Below, piece by piece: positions 10,590 through 20,931 of a stretch of DNA of 64,000 bases (position 1 is the first letter of the stretch; each line of letters starts with the position of its first letter). The notes below the pieces were generated by a model. The model made no database searches and was not told the origin of the DNA. It was given only the letters and a program-made list of their open reading frames with translations. The stretch is from a virus. The stretch lies in the IMG/VR virus record IMGVR_UViG_3300025324_000011, positions 1 through 64,000 of that record, one strand, 5' to 3'. Both the position numbers and the translations under genes were made by a program.

Positions 10590-11240
10590 TCACTTAGAAA
10601 TCCCTTCGCATGGGGGCGCCCACGGCCTCCGATGATCTATCTCCCCGCTGAGGTTTATTCTGATCTGATCCTTCAGACGAGAAGATAATCCGGGGTCCAA
10701 TTCATCCATACCCAGAAGCCCGAGCGGCGTAGTCAAGATCGTATCCCGTCGTTGAACAATCCTCTGCCGAATGATGTAGGCGAGCATAAAATCAGCCCAT
10801 GCTGTTTTATGGGTTATGAGCAATTCGTCCAACATGAGGACCTGCGCTCTCAGGATCTCATCTTGTAATCGCTCGCAATATCCTCGCTCGTCTCCAAAAT
10901 TCTTTTTCATCGTTTCGAGTAGATGCCCCGTGTCCCACCATGCGCAGCGCTCGCCAGATTCGATGCGTTCGATCAGGAGGGCGGTGCCGATATGCGTCTT
11001 CCCCGCCCCAACATTGCCATAGATGTAAAGCAATGGGCGCTCATCTGGCCAGAAGGACGCCTCGGCTGGCCACTCTCCGGGAAAATTAGCTCGGGTATAA
11101 TTACGGTATTCTGGCGGGATTCCAGCCCGCTCAAGCAGGGTGTCACGTGTCGGAGCTTGGCACGCGCACCGCCTAGCGGAACCGTTGCCGCTGTCTCGGA
11201 GCGTAATCCAGCCGCGACCGTCACACAATTCGCAGGGCAT
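10590..11240 (-). CDS. DnaC/IstB-like AAA+ helicase loader
   Basis: N-terminal CELC..CAC, Walker A GNVGAGKT, Walker B VLMLDE; downstream of the initiator. Confidence 0.85.
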   Translation of the reverse strand: MPCELCDGRGWITLRDSGNGSARRCACQAPTRDTLLERAGIPPEYRNYTRANFPGEWPAEASFWPDERPLLYIYGNVGAGKTHIGTALLIERIESGERCAWWDTGHLLETMKKNFGDERGYCERLQDEILRAQVLMLDELLITHKTAWADFMLAYIIRQRIVQRRDTILTTPLGLLGMDELDPGLSSRLKDQIRINLSGEIDHRRPWAPPCEGISK

Positions 11241-11255
11241 GATCTTGGGATTGCC

Positions 11256-11891
11256 TCAGTTACCACTGCGCTCCGGCGTCCAAGTGTCCATTCGGCCGTC
11301 CCGGTGCTCCGCGACATAAGCCGCCGCCCACTTGCCAACGCGACGAAACCACTCGTAATCCGATCCCTCGCTATCGTAGACACCAGCCCAACCCTTCGAG
11401 GTTTCTGATCGCGTTTCGCGCGATCGGTACTCTCTGATTTCGCCAGAGAGGCGCGCCATTGGAACGTACAGCCAAGCGGGAGTGACGGCGATCGCAAGCT
11501 TATCGGCCAAGCAGAGAACGCTTGGCATTCGATGGTCAAGCTTGGCAAGGTATCTGCTGTGGTATCGCACAAATTCATACCATCGCACTTCTCTGCGCAA
11601 AAACCCACCCCATCGGCCGCGCTTGTCGAATAAGCGATGAGCAATCCGAGCGCCCATCTCGGGATGCCGCCCTCCCTCGGCGCCGTCCATGTTCGGAGAT
11701 CCCCAATAACCGAGATCATGCACGATAAAACAAATCCACAGCCTCCAATCTAGTAAGCCCGCTTCAACTCTGGTAATCCCGCATTTGACAACTTTAAATC
11801 CGAATAGTCTCCACCACGCAAGCGCCACGAAGAACGGGTGAATGAAGAAGCAATGCGCGCCAAACAGGATCGACTTCGTGCCAATTCTCAT
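11256..11891 (-). CDS. HD-domain phosphohydrolase-like protein
   Basis: H...VHDLG...H...YHSR...ADKL pattern. Confidence 0.55.
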   Translation of the reverse strand: MRIGTKSILFGAHCFFIHPFFVALAWWRLFGFKVVKCGITRVEAGLLDWRLWICFIVHDLGYWGSPNMDGAEGGRHPEMGARIAHRLFDKRGRWGGFLRREVRWYEFVRYHSRYLAKLDHRMPSVLCLADKLAIAVTPAWLYVPMARLSGEIREYRSRETRSETSKGWAGVYDSEGSDYEWFRRVGKWAAAYVAEHRDGRMDTWTPERSGN

Positions 11892-12470
11892 TTGTCGCTC
11901 CTCAATCCGTCGATGCTGATATGCCAGTCTTTTCTTCTCTGCGGTGGCCGACTTCACGCTCTAACCGATCCACGAATGCCTCGGCGTCAGCATCGCCAGT
12001 CAGTTCTCGCCATTGCGTTTCGTCAACGGTCCGATAGAGTTCGTCAAGATCATGCATCTTGCGCAATGTTAAGTCGCTCATCTCATCTTCCCTCCTCAAC
12101 CTCGCGGTGCCATCCAGCCAACCGCTTGGCTTCGCAGAATGCCTCGCTCAACGTCATGCGTGTCGCCCTAGCCGCATCCTCTTGCGTGGTAGCCCGTTTC
12201 ACCATAACTCCACATTCTTCTCGTACAACAACCCACCGCCCTGAAATTTCATGCATCGAAGATCTCAATTTCCGTCTCCTCTCCTGAGGAATGGCATATC
12301 GACAAAGGATCGCTGGATCGTCGCTGCTGTTTTGTCTAATACCGTCTCCCAAAATCCAATCTCCCACGCGTCAAAGAGCCCAGCTTCGGAATGCGGATTA
12401 TCTATCTGTTCATCGCTATTCATCCAATCGAGACCAGCTACTCTGCCCTGCGCCATCGCTTCTTCGGTTG

Positions 12471-13439
12471 TCATGGCTTCCGCCTCCGTGCCGCATCCGC
12501 TTGCTCCAATGCGGCTAGGTCGTTTCGTCGGTCTGGCGTGCTGCCAAGGGCGAGGTGGGGTGATTGTTGCGCCGAGAATACCTTGCCGTTTCCTGATTTA
12601 GAGCCCTTGTTCCTGAAGAAATCGCGGAATGTTTCAAGGTGCGATCCGTCCACGAGCAGTTGCGCTAAATCGTTCTGATTGACTCGCTCTTTCCAGGGAT
12701 CGAACGTCCAGCCCCGAACAGCGTCGAGTAGGTCCTGCTGAGTATACCCCTCCTTGCGGCGGGCCTTCAGCTTCGCTAGACGCTTGGCGTTGAGGATTCG
12801 AGGGGGGCCGCCGTTGTTCGGGAGAGTGGAGCACCAGGCGGCAAAGACTTCGCGGTCGGGCTTAGTTCCAAGACCGTCGTTGTCGTCCCTGGTGTCGAGA
12901 TGATGATCCTCTTGTTTTGTTCCTGTTCCTGTTCCTGTTCCTGTTCCTGTTCCTGATTCGCCAAAGATTTCCAGTAAGGCTTCGACAAAGCCTCTTCCCA
13001 TGCCTTCGATTGCGGACATAAGTCCTTTACGCGCAAGATCTTTCAGCGAACATTCAGGGATCTCATCCCATGTCTCGGCCCACGACCTGATAACGTTTGG
13101 TGACTGTGGCAGGTTATGATGGATGGCCTTTGGTAGCCATAGCAATCGACGCCTCCAGTCAGCTTCTGCCAACCCTTCTCGCGAGACCTCCGCAAACGCT
13201 TCTCGAAAGGATCTCGGTAAGCCTTCGGCGTAGCCTTTGCCAGAGACTTCAAGCGGCCAGCCCATCGCTTCCGCAAGCTGCGCTTCCCCAGCAACGCTCA
13301 GCCCGGGAATTATTCCGGTATGCGGACCAGTGAGTAAATAAAACCAGAGATACTTACCGTTCGGAGGGGGCGAAGACAGACGATCAAAGCGGGCGTCTGC
13401 GTGAATTTTCAACGATATTCTACGATAACGCCCAGCCAT
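12471..13439 (-). CDS. phage replication initiator
   Basis: YRRISLKIHADARF..LWFYLLTGPHT..PGL N-terminus, (GT)n linker, phage-type C-terminal domain; DnaC-like gene nearby downstream. Confidence 0.75.
   Translation of the reverse strand: MAGRYRRISLKIHADARFDRLSSPPPNGKYLWFYLLTGPHTGIIPGLSVAGEAQLAEAMGWPLEVSGKGYAEGLPRSFREAFAEVSREGLAEADWRRRLLWLPKAIHHNLPQSPNVIRSWAETWDEIPECSLKDLARKGLMSAIEGMGRGFVEALLEIFGESGTGTGTGTGTGTKQEDHHLDTRDDNDGLGTKPDREVFAAWCSTLPNNGGPPRILNAKRLAKLKARRKEGYTQQDLLDAVRGWTFDPWKERVNQNDLAQLLVDGSHLETFRDFFRNKGSKSGNGKVFSAQQSPHLALGSTPDRRNDLAALEQADAARRRKP
12918..12955. repeat. (TGTTCC)6 tandem repeat in the initiator linker
   Basis: Directly visible; encodes GTGTGT. Confidence 0.9.
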
Positions 13440-13443
13440 GGGA

Positions 13444-14073
13444 TCAAGGCTCCGTTGTTGCTCGACTTGATTCGTCATTGATGATTGCACTCCGCAGGCG
13501 ACCCTTACCGGCATTGCATTCGCCGCACGCCGCAATGAGGTTATCGCCGTCATCTCCGCCGCCATCCGCAACCGGGATAACATGATCTACATCCAACAAA
13601 CCATCTGGCGCCTTCGCGCCGCAGTATTGACAAGTGAAATTATCGCGCCTTAGAATCCAGAAGCGCAATCTAGGTGGAAGCTTCTTTCGCTTGATATGTC
13701 TCTCGCGATCCATGAACCGCGCGACGCCCGGATGGTCTACTAGAAAGTCTTTAATAAGCCTAGATTCAGGGAGAGACTGAAGATGCTTCGCTGCGCCCCG
13801 TTCGTTTTTTTGACCGCGAAGCTGAAAGCGAGACATTTCCAAAACCCAAACAATGTCCTCGTCTCGCTGAACAAAGCGTTTCAATTCATCCCATTCCAGG
13901 GGGACGGATAATCCAGTCTCATGTACAATCGTCGGGTCGGCAATCTGATAGAGCCCGCAAACGTGAGCGTGTCTATTTGTCCTCAGATAGAGGAATAGAA
14001 GCTTAGACGCAGCGGACAATTGCGCAAACTGCGGAGATGTCCACAATTCAGTTTCTATTACGCGACTCGCCAC
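13444..14073 (-). CDS. initiator-like N-terminal domain fused to HNH endonuclease
   Basis: ELWTSPQF..LSAASKLLFLYL N-terminus; RDNFTCQYCG..VDHV...NLIAACGECN. Confidence 0.85.
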   Translation of the reverse strand: MASRVIETELWTSPQFAQLSAASKLLFLYLRTNRHAHVCGLYQIADPTIVHETGLSVPLEWDELKRFVQRDEDIVWVLEMSRFQLRGQKNERGAAKHLQSLPESRLIKDFLVDHPGVARFMDRERHIKRKKLPPRLRFWILRRDNFTCQYCGAKAPDGLLDVDHVIPVADGGGDDGDNLIAACGECNAGKGRLRSAIINDESSRATTEP

Positions 14074-14551
14074 TCTGTTGTATTCTCCGAAGGAACCGCA
14101 TTACTATACCACCATTCCGCCTCGCCCGCTAGGCCCCGGCCGTCAACTCGGCGATTGATTTCTGAAAGGTTGCGAATGCCGCATCGATCCCTCTGATTCG
14201 CTGATTCAGCCTTTCTATTTCTGCGGCATGATGGCGAATGACATTCAATGCGGCTTCAAGTTCTGATACGTCGGGTGCCTTGAACTGTTTGACAACTTCC
14301 AGGAGGGCTTTATTTTCACTCGTCATGGTTGATCTGTCTCCGCGGCGATGCACTCGGGGCACCGTTGCAGCCAGCCCTTTTTCTGCCCGAGGGAGCCAAA
14401 TAAATAACACTCCGCGGAACCCTTGAGGTCGAATCTGCAATAGGGACAGAATCGGCCCGAGCCATCGCCGCAAGTTGTTGCGGTGGCTGGCGAGATCTGG
14501 AAGGTGAGCGCTATAATTCTATTGGACATTCTTCACCGTGGAGCAAGTTTT

Positions 14552-14986
14552 TCATTTGCCGTATTTCGCTTTCAATCGTGCAAACTCGGCGAGTTCCGCC
14601 TCTTCTTTCTTTTTGGCGACGATTTTATCTCGGTCGGCTTGGAGTTGCCGCGCCATCTCTCTTTTTTGTTCTTTCTCTGCCCTGCGTCTTTCGAGCCCCT
14701 CCTGGAGGAGGCGCGCCGCTGAAGCCTCGATTCTTGCAACGATATCTTCTGCGCCGGATGGGCTATCGTCGTCCCGCGCCTTCCTGCCGTCTATCAGGAT
14801 TGTGCATTCCCATTCGTCGCGTGGGTTATCTTCGCGCCAAAACATCCGCTCAGCGATGAATTGAGCCGCCGCGTCTTCGGTTAGTGGATATTCGATTGCG
14901 AATCCTGAGCCGCGAAGCACCTCGCCGTCCCTGTTGCGATATTCATCGAGTTGAAAGATCAGCGTTATATTCATGCGCGTTTCCAC
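14552..14986 (-). CDS. hypothetical coiled-coil protein
   Basis: ORF ending ELAEFARLKAKYG. Confidence 0.6.
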   Translation of the reverse strand: METRMNITLIFQLDEYRNRDGEVLRGSGFAIEYPLTEDAAAQFIAERMFWREDNPRDEWECTILIDGRKARDDDSPSGAEDIVARIEASAARLLQEGLERRRAEKEQKREMARQLQADRDKIVAKKKEEAELAEFARLKAKYGK

Positions 14987-15083
14987 CTGATCGCCGCTTC
15001 CGAGCTGACCCCGAGAGCGAGGCGAAGATCAACGAACGATCGCTCATAAGCGGCAACAAGCCTAGTAAGTAGATAAAGTATCA

Positions 15084-15869
15084 TTACCCTGCCTCTGTTT
15101 CGTCGCAGGCTTCCGTCGCAGACTCCCGCGTTTCTTTTATCTGATCGATTGCCTTGTGAGCCAAGGCGATAGTTTCCGGGATTTTTAAGCTCAGGGCGCT
15201 GCGCAGGCGCGAACGTATGTTATAATAGCCTCCAACGGAAGATGGGTCGAAGCCGAGTTCCTTGAATGCGCGCTCAACGTTCTGTAATTGCAGCGCCTTA
15301 GCCTCTGCTTCGTCAGCCCTGAGTTCGGCGCCCTTCACCCGGTCGGAGATCTCGCGGTTCATCGCCTTGCAAATCGAGCGTCCCAAATCCTTGCGTTCTT
15401 GCAGCATTCTTTTGTAATGCTCCATCCGATCGATCGGCCCAAGCTCGCACTTTATTTTTGTGCGGCACATGAGGATGTAGGCGAATAATTCAATCGGCGG
15501 AGAGATATTGCGATGGACCGCCTTGCGCTTCGTAAAAAAGCGGGAGGCATTGTCGGATGCCCAGAGAAGGCCGATTTCGGCAGGCAATTCTTCCGGTTGA
15601 ATCAAATTGCGCTGACACGCGACGTAGAGATCTGTGCAAAGCGGCAGATAGGCCGGGATCTTGTCATCTTTCAGAAAATCAGAGCGCGACACCTTTATTT
15701 CGTAGCCGAAGAAGCGAAGCGGCACCCATGAGCGGGGCATTGCCCATGCATCAAGGCGCAATTGACGGGCAGTTTTGATTTGCGTTGGGCCGTTCTTGCA
15801 CTCGGGAACGAATACGTCGCTCTTGTGACGCTCCGCGAGAAGCGCTAGCAGGTCGCTTCCTCGAATCAC
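15084..15869 (-). CDS. MmcB-like PD-(D/E)XK protein
   Basis: ECKNG..RLDAWA..GYEIKVSRSDFLKD..ELPAEIGL. Confidence 0.75.
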   Translation of the reverse strand: MIRGSDLLALLAERHKSDVFVPECKNGPTQIKTARQLRLDAWAMPRSWVPLRFFGYEIKVSRSDFLKDDKIPAYLPLCTDLYVACQRNLIQPEELPAEIGLLWASDNASRFFTKRKAVHRNISPPIELFAYILMCRTKIKCELGPIDRMEHYKRMLQERKDLGRSICKAMNREISDRVKGAELRADEAEAKALQLQNVERAFKELGFDPSSVGGYYNIRSRLRSALSLKIPETIALAHKAIDQIKETRESATEACDETEAG

Positions 15870-16240
15870 TTCCCTTTTTCCATTTCTAGAATGGCAATTC
15901 CGTGGACGGCGAGCATGAGTTTTTTCTTCAGCCTATAGGCGGGCGTTCTATATCCTTTCCAGTCCTCGGTAACCAGCGAGCCGCCTCTGGTGCGGTACTG
16001 AAAATCGGCAAAATACCTGCAAATATGAACGCCGTTCACGTCAATCGAGAATGGAATCTGGCGGCAGAGATGCGAGATTTCTCCAGCCCGTTCCAAAATG
16101 AGCAGCTCGGCCCACCTCTGCATTTCGCCCTTTGAAGCGAAGAGAAGACCGTCCAGCGTGCGCTGCGACTTCGGAGCGATGCCATACTTACCTTCGCCGC
16201 GTCGAATTCCTCGCCGCCGAATAATGCTGATCAATGCCAT
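15866..16240 (-). CDS. DUF1064 family putative resolvase/nuclease
   Basis: KYG..DGLLFASKGE..YFADFQY..EDWKG..YRLKKKLM. Confidence 0.85.
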   Translation of the reverse strand: MALISIIRRRGIRRGEGKYGIAPKSQRTLDGLLFASKGEMQRWAELLILERAGEISHLCRQIPFSIDVNGVHICRYFADFQYRTRGGSLVTEDWKGYRTPAYRLKKKLMLAVHGIAILEMEKGK

Positions 16241-16249
16241 TAGAACGAC

Positions 16250-16468
16250 TCAAGCGGCGTCAGGTGGTTCGACAGAGTCGCCGAAAATACCGAGATCGCG
16301 GGCAAGAATGCGACGCGCAAGAACCCCGGGGTAAAGACGGCGGCGCTTTGCGCGCGCCTTTAGGCGAACGTACAATTCCTCCGAAACAACGAGCATTATT
16401 TTTCTCGGACCACGCGTGGGATCAGAGAAGTCAGGGATTCCTTCGTCTTCTTTGTCGAGTTCTACCAT
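16250..16468 (-). CDS. ribbon-helix-helix-like regulator
   Basis: KIMLVVSEELYVRLK..PGVLARRIL; first gene after the bidirectional promoter. Confidence 0.55.
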   Translation of the reverse strand: MVELDKEDEGIPDFSDPTRGPRKIMLVVSEELYVRLKARAKRRRLYPGVLARRILARDLGIFGDSVEPPDAA

Positions 16469-16492
16469 TTTGTTCTAATCCTTGCTGCCTGA

Positions 16493-16551
16493 GCTTGACA
16501 ACTGCGCCATGATTAGGCTATGATATGCATAGTTGCTAGGCGGTGTCAAGC
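16493..16551. promoter_or_regulatory. bidirectional sigma70 promoter with overlapping -10 elements
   Basis: + strand TTGACA-18-TATGAT and - strand TTGACA-18-TATCAT; GCTTGACA...TGTCAAGC inverted ends. Confidence 0.7.
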
Positions 16552-17211
16552 CTAGAAGGAGGGAGAAAAAGCATGAAAGACTTCGAGGTTTTTGGGCTTG
16601 CTGAGGGGGGCGCCGTGAGCGCCGGGCGTCCGCTCACGGCCGCGGAGGTTGAATGGCTTGCTTGGGCGGGGAGCCTGGACGAGCGGATGGCCCGAGACCA
16701 CCTGGACAGCGGATTCTAGGCAGTGAGCCTCGCGGCCCTCCGGGCCGGCGGTGAGATTGCGAGCGCCAGCATCCGACGGGAGCTGCTCGCGCTGGTGGCG
16801 AACCTGCGCGAGGAGGCGGATCGAGCGAGCACGTGCGCAGCCAGTGCGCACGTCAGCGCAATTGCCAACCGGTTGGGCCGCGAAGTGGACCGCATTTGCC
16901 CGGAGGAGTGGTAACCAATGTTCGAGGATACCTGCGGCGAGGGATGGAAGGCCGGCGAGAGGCATGGGAGGATTTCCGAACGCGCCCGCCTCAGGCCCCT
17001 GCTGGAACGGTGCGAAGCTGTGCATTCGATGCTTATTGAGCAGGATTTGGACATGCTCCTCGTGTCGATCTTTCTCAAAAATCGAGAACGCTTGGGATTG
17101 GATGAGCAGTGGGCACAGTTGTTGCTCGCTGATCTTCGCCACGAGCTGGGGAATGGCTGAGCGACAAGGTCACCATTCAGCATCTCGAAAAACCGACAAC
17201 TGGAGTCAAGC

Positions 17212-17448
17212 ATGAGGCGACGGTACGGTAAGGTAATTCTCTGGACTGTAGTCTGGTTTGTGGTTATTGTAGCTATTCTCATCTCGATGTCTTGCCCGAC
17301 ATCTACGACATCGGAGCAGCAACCATATGACTGCTGCACGGGTTATGGAGAGGTGTCTGCGGATGGCTCATGTATGGGCCATGGCGCCGGGTGCTGTGAG
17401 GATGATATTGATGCTCATCCACCGTGTTTTGCAGAAGACAGACGGTGA
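17212..17448 (+). CDS. membrane-anchored cysteine-rich small protein
   Basis: TM/signal segment followed by 7 Cys. Confidence 0.5.
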   Translation: MRRRYGKVILWTVVWFVVIVAILISMSCPTSTTSEQQPYDCCTGYGEVSADGSCMGHGAGCCEDDIDAHPPCFAEDRR

Positions 17449-17579
17449 TTAAGTGGCTAGAACTATCAACCACCGGCCGCGACCAAATCGAACACCGACC
17501 CACGACCCCGGCAGGATGAGCTGCGGCAGCTTTCAATTCTTTTGGTTGGATGGGCAAAAAACGGAGTGATGATTTAGCG

Positions 17580-18857
17580 ATGAGTCTGCGAACCTATCTC
17601 GTTGGCGGCGCTGTTCGCGATCGCCTCATGGGTCTAGGGCCGAAGGACATGGATTATGTCGTCGTCGGCTCAACACAGGAGGAAATGCTCGCTGCTGGAT
17701 TTCGCGAAGCGGGCGTCGGCTTTTCTTCCTATTTGCATCCCACTAACGGCGATCAATACGCACTGGCACGGCGAGAGCGGAAGAGCGGAAGCGGCTACCG
17801 CGGATTCGTGATTGAATCAGGGCCAGAGGTAACGTTGGCGGAAGATCTATACCGCCGCGATCTAACGATAAACGCAATTGCACAAGATCCAAATAGCGGA
17901 GAGATCATTGACCCTCATGGTGGGCGGCGAGACATCCAAGAGGGCGTTTTGCGTGCCGTCAACCCCGGAGCGTTTGCCGATGATCCAGTGCGCGTCCTCC
18001 GGCTCGCTCGGTTCGCCGCTCGTTATCCGTCGCTTACCGTCGATCCGCAAACCATGCTTTGCGCTTCCGAGAGCGTGCGCGGCGGCGAGCTTGAGCGAGA
18101 GCCAGCAGAGAGGATATACGAAGAATGCTCGCTGGCTCTTTGCGGGTCGCGTTCGCCGTCTCGCTTTTTTGAAATACTCTCTGATCTAGGTGCGCTGCGT
18201 CATATTCTACCAGAGGTAGAAAATCTCAAGGGGATTGAGCAACCAAAGCATGGACACCATGAAGGCGACGCCTTCCAGCACACCATGATGGTGATAGATT
18301 CCGCCTCGTGGCGAGAAGACAATCACCCACGTATTATGTGGGCTGCGCTTCTCCATGACATCGGAAAAGCACTTACGCCGCGCGAGGAGTGGCCCGCTCA
18401 TCATGGACACGAAAAGGCGGGAGAGCCATTGGTGCGCCAAGCGCTGGGCCGCCTACGGGCTCCACGTGACGTTCTGAATTTCGCGGCCGTCACCTGCCGT
18501 CAACATATGCGCGCTCATAAATGGTGCGAGCTGCGGGCTGGCACGATCCTGGAAATACTTGAAGAGATGAGTTATCTTCGCGAGCCGGCGGCGATCGATG
18601 ATTTCTTGGATGCCTTCGATGCCGATACACGCGGGCGAGCCATGCCCGTAGACGAGAGTGATTTGATCGCACGCAGGCTATTTTTCAGATCCGCGCAAGC
18701 CGCAGCGGCCTCGATTCATGCCCGCGATCTTTTGGCCGATCGCGCGTTGCATGGTCGCGAAGAGAAGCCTCCCGGGCCGTGGGTCGGTGATATGATAAGA
18801 TCCGCAAGGATCAGGGCAATCAAGTCGATCAAGAAAGTTGCTATTCGCCATGTCTAG
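17580..18857 (+). CDS. cca: multifunctional CCA tRNA nucleotidyltransferase with HD domain
   Basis: YLVGGAVRD..KDMDYVV, EDLYRRDLTINA, DDPVRVLRLARF, HHEGD..H, LLHDIGK. Confidence 0.93.
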   Translation: MSLRTYLVGGAVRDRLMGLGPKDMDYVVVGSTQEEMLAAGFREAGVGFSSYLHPTNGDQYALARRERKSGSGYRGFVIESGPEVTLAEDLYRRDLTINAIAQDPNSGEIIDPHGGRRDIQEGVLRAVNPGAFADDPVRVLRLARFAARYPSLTVDPQTMLCASESVRGGELEREPAERIYEECSLALCGSRSPSRFFEILSDLGALRHILPEVENLKGIEQPKHGHHEGDAFQHTMMVIDSASWREDNHPRIMWAALLHDIGKALTPREEWPAHHGHEKAGEPLVRQALGRLRAPRDVLNFAAVTCRQHMRAHKWCELRAGTILEILEEMSYLREPAAIDDFLDAFDADTRGRAMPVDESDLIARRLFFRSAQAAAASIHARDLLADRALHGREEKPPGPWVGDMIRSARIRAIKSIKKVAIRHV

Positions 18858-19797
18858 CCGCGTCTGTGAATTGGCTGGCCGCGGTCTAATCTCGCCGCCG
18901 AAGTGGCTTCCGTCGAACGTCCATTACGAGACGATAGCTGGCGGCTTGTCTTACGGAACGAGCGATGACGATTCGGATTTCGATGTCCATGGATTCGCAA
19001 TTCCTCCCCGCGACTTGATCTTTCCTCATTTAGCGGGAGAGATTCCAGGCTTCGGGAGACAAGTCAAGCGATTTGAGCAATACCAGCAGCACCATGTCTT
19101 AGACAGGGATGCCCTCGGCGGCCGTGGCCGCATGTTCGATCTATCTATCTACTCCATCGTGAAGTACTTTCACCTCACGATGGAGGGCAACCCGAACATG
19201 ATAGATTCTTTGTTCACGCCAATGAATTGCGTGCTGCATGCTACCCTGATAGGGCAGCGCGTTCGCGAACAGAGAAAAATATTTTTGCACAAGGGATGCT
19301 TCCACAAGTTCAAGGGTTACGCCTTCGCTCAGCTCCACAAGATGCGCGGTCAGCGCGAGCGATTAGAAGGAAAGCGGAAGGAAGAAGCAGAAAGATTCGG
19401 CTTTGACGTAAAGTTTGCAGCGCACGTCGTTCGTTTGTTGGATGAATGCGAGCAAATCCTGGAAACCGGAGATCTAATTCTAGGCAGGAACCGCGAGGAA
19501 TTGAAGTCGATCAGGCGCGGCGAATGGGCCGAGGATCAGATCAGAGATCTTTTCACGCGGAAAGAGGCTCACTTGGAGGAGTTGTATAAATCATCGCCAC
19601 TTCCTCATGGGCCAGATGAGCCGAAGATAAAAGCGCTGCTGCTCGAATGCCTTGAGCAGCATTACGGATCGCTTTCTGCGGTTATAGTCCTTCCCGATGC
19701 GAGCAAGCAGGCGCTCGCTGAAATCTCGCAAATCCTCGTTCGTTATGAAGCATCTGAATCATTGATACAGGGAGACGAACTACGCAATGGAAGATGA
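18850..19797 (+). CDS. RlaP-like Pol-beta superfamily nucleotidyltransferase
   Basis: GGLSYGTSDDDSDFD, GNPN, FKGYA..QL, FDVKFAAHVVRL..EELKSIRRGEW. Confidence 0.8.
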   Translation: MSSRVCELAGRGLISPPKWLPSNVHYETIAGGLSYGTSDDDSDFDVHGFAIPPRDLIFPHLAGEIPGFGRQVKRFEQYQQHHVLDRDALGGRGRMFDLSIYSIVKYFHLTMEGNPNMIDSLFTPMNCVLHATLIGQRVREQRKIFLHKGCFHKFKGYAFAQLHKMRGQRERLEGKRKEEAERFGFDVKFAAHVVRLLDECEQILETGDLILGRNREELKSIRRGEWAEDQIRDLFTRKEAHLEELYKSSPLPHGPDEPKIKALLLECLEQHYGSLSAVIVLPDASKQALAEISQILVRYEASESLIQGDELRNGR

Positions 19798-20034
19798 ATC
19801 GCATTCCTCGCTTTCTATCTTTCCGGGTCCGTTCCGCGGGAAACCAGAGAGCATCGAATGGCAATGGGGAACGGTTCCGAAGATGGCCGGGAGATATGCA
19901 ATATGGGATGGCTACTGGATTCGCTTGATCGATTGGGATGGAAGGCGATGGATCGCCAGCGGTTATAAATCGAAGCTGGCGGAACCTTGGCCGGAGCCGT
20001 TGGCATGGAGGGAATTGCCTGCGCGACTTCGGCG

Positions 20035-20565
20035 CTAGACTGGTCCACCCGGAGAACACTTCTCGCAAAGCTTGCGGCACTCTCCGGTGGCCTTGTCGAT
20101 CTCATCTATCAGGAGTCCAGAGGAGTGCCACTCTCCGCACTCGCCGCAACAATCGACGGGCAGAAGCCCGAGCTCGCGGCCTTCGGCGGCGAGCAATCCT
20201 GCGCGTTCGTGCAAATCAACTCCGTGTTTTTTTTCGAGGACGGGGAATCCAATGCGGCGGTGTCCGTCCTCATCGCACCTCCCGCATATCTGAATTTGAT
20301 CTTCCGCCTTGCCGCAATACCCGCGGGGCGTGACATGGTGAATGATACATGGAGGAGCGTATCGGCCGCAGATCTCGCAGCCATGATTCCGGAAGCGATC
20401 TTGCAGCCATCGTTTGTATTCGCAGCCTTCAGTTTCCGCCTTATCTTGCCTGCGCTTCGCCTTCTCTGCGGCCTTGCGCTCAGCTACAATGTCCGCCTTG
20501 AAATCATTGCGCGGATTCGGAGTGCGACGCCATGCGGAGCGCCTCAATCTCGAACGGCGAAGCAT
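20035..20565 (-). CDS. HNH-like/Zn-binding protein
   Basis: CEICG..HHV..CGRC..H plus two further CxxC pairs. Confidence 0.55.
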   Translation of the reverse strand: MLRRSRLRRSAWRRTPNPRNDFKADIVAERKAAEKAKRRQDKAETEGCEYKRWLQDRFRNHGCEICGRYAPPCIIHHVTPRGYCGKAEDQIQICGRCDEDGHRRIGFPVLEKKHGVDLHERAGLLAAEGRELGLLPVDCCGECGEWHSSGLLIDEIDKATGECRKLCEKCSPGGPV

Positions 20566-20931
20566 CCCGCTCCCCCCTCATCAGATCTCCAGAATGCTTC
20601 TGTTGGCGGAGCATCAAAGAATTGCTCGCTGCACTTCGGACAGAGAATACGATCGTTGCTCCACAATGTCCAACCAGCGCGAATCGCAATCTCCATTTCT
20701 CCCGGAAATCCTATCTCTTTATACGCATGCCAGGGCAAGAAATCTTCCGCAGTGCAATGCTGAGCATCGCATGTAACCGGTAGCTGTATCGCATGAATCC
20801 CCATCTTCTCTTCTCCTACGAATAGACCATTTGAAAGTCTCTGAAGCCTGGATTCCATGCCCAAACATGAAGACGCATGGAGAGTGCAGCGCTGCGGCAA
20901 TTGGCTGTCCCCTTGCCGCCGGGAAACGCAA

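Noticed and set aside
12776-13036. alternative-frame NQEQEQ ORF suggesting a frameshift in the initiator
   Set aside because: The GT frame is continuous into a plausible C-terminal domain; QE is another reading of the hexamer repeat.
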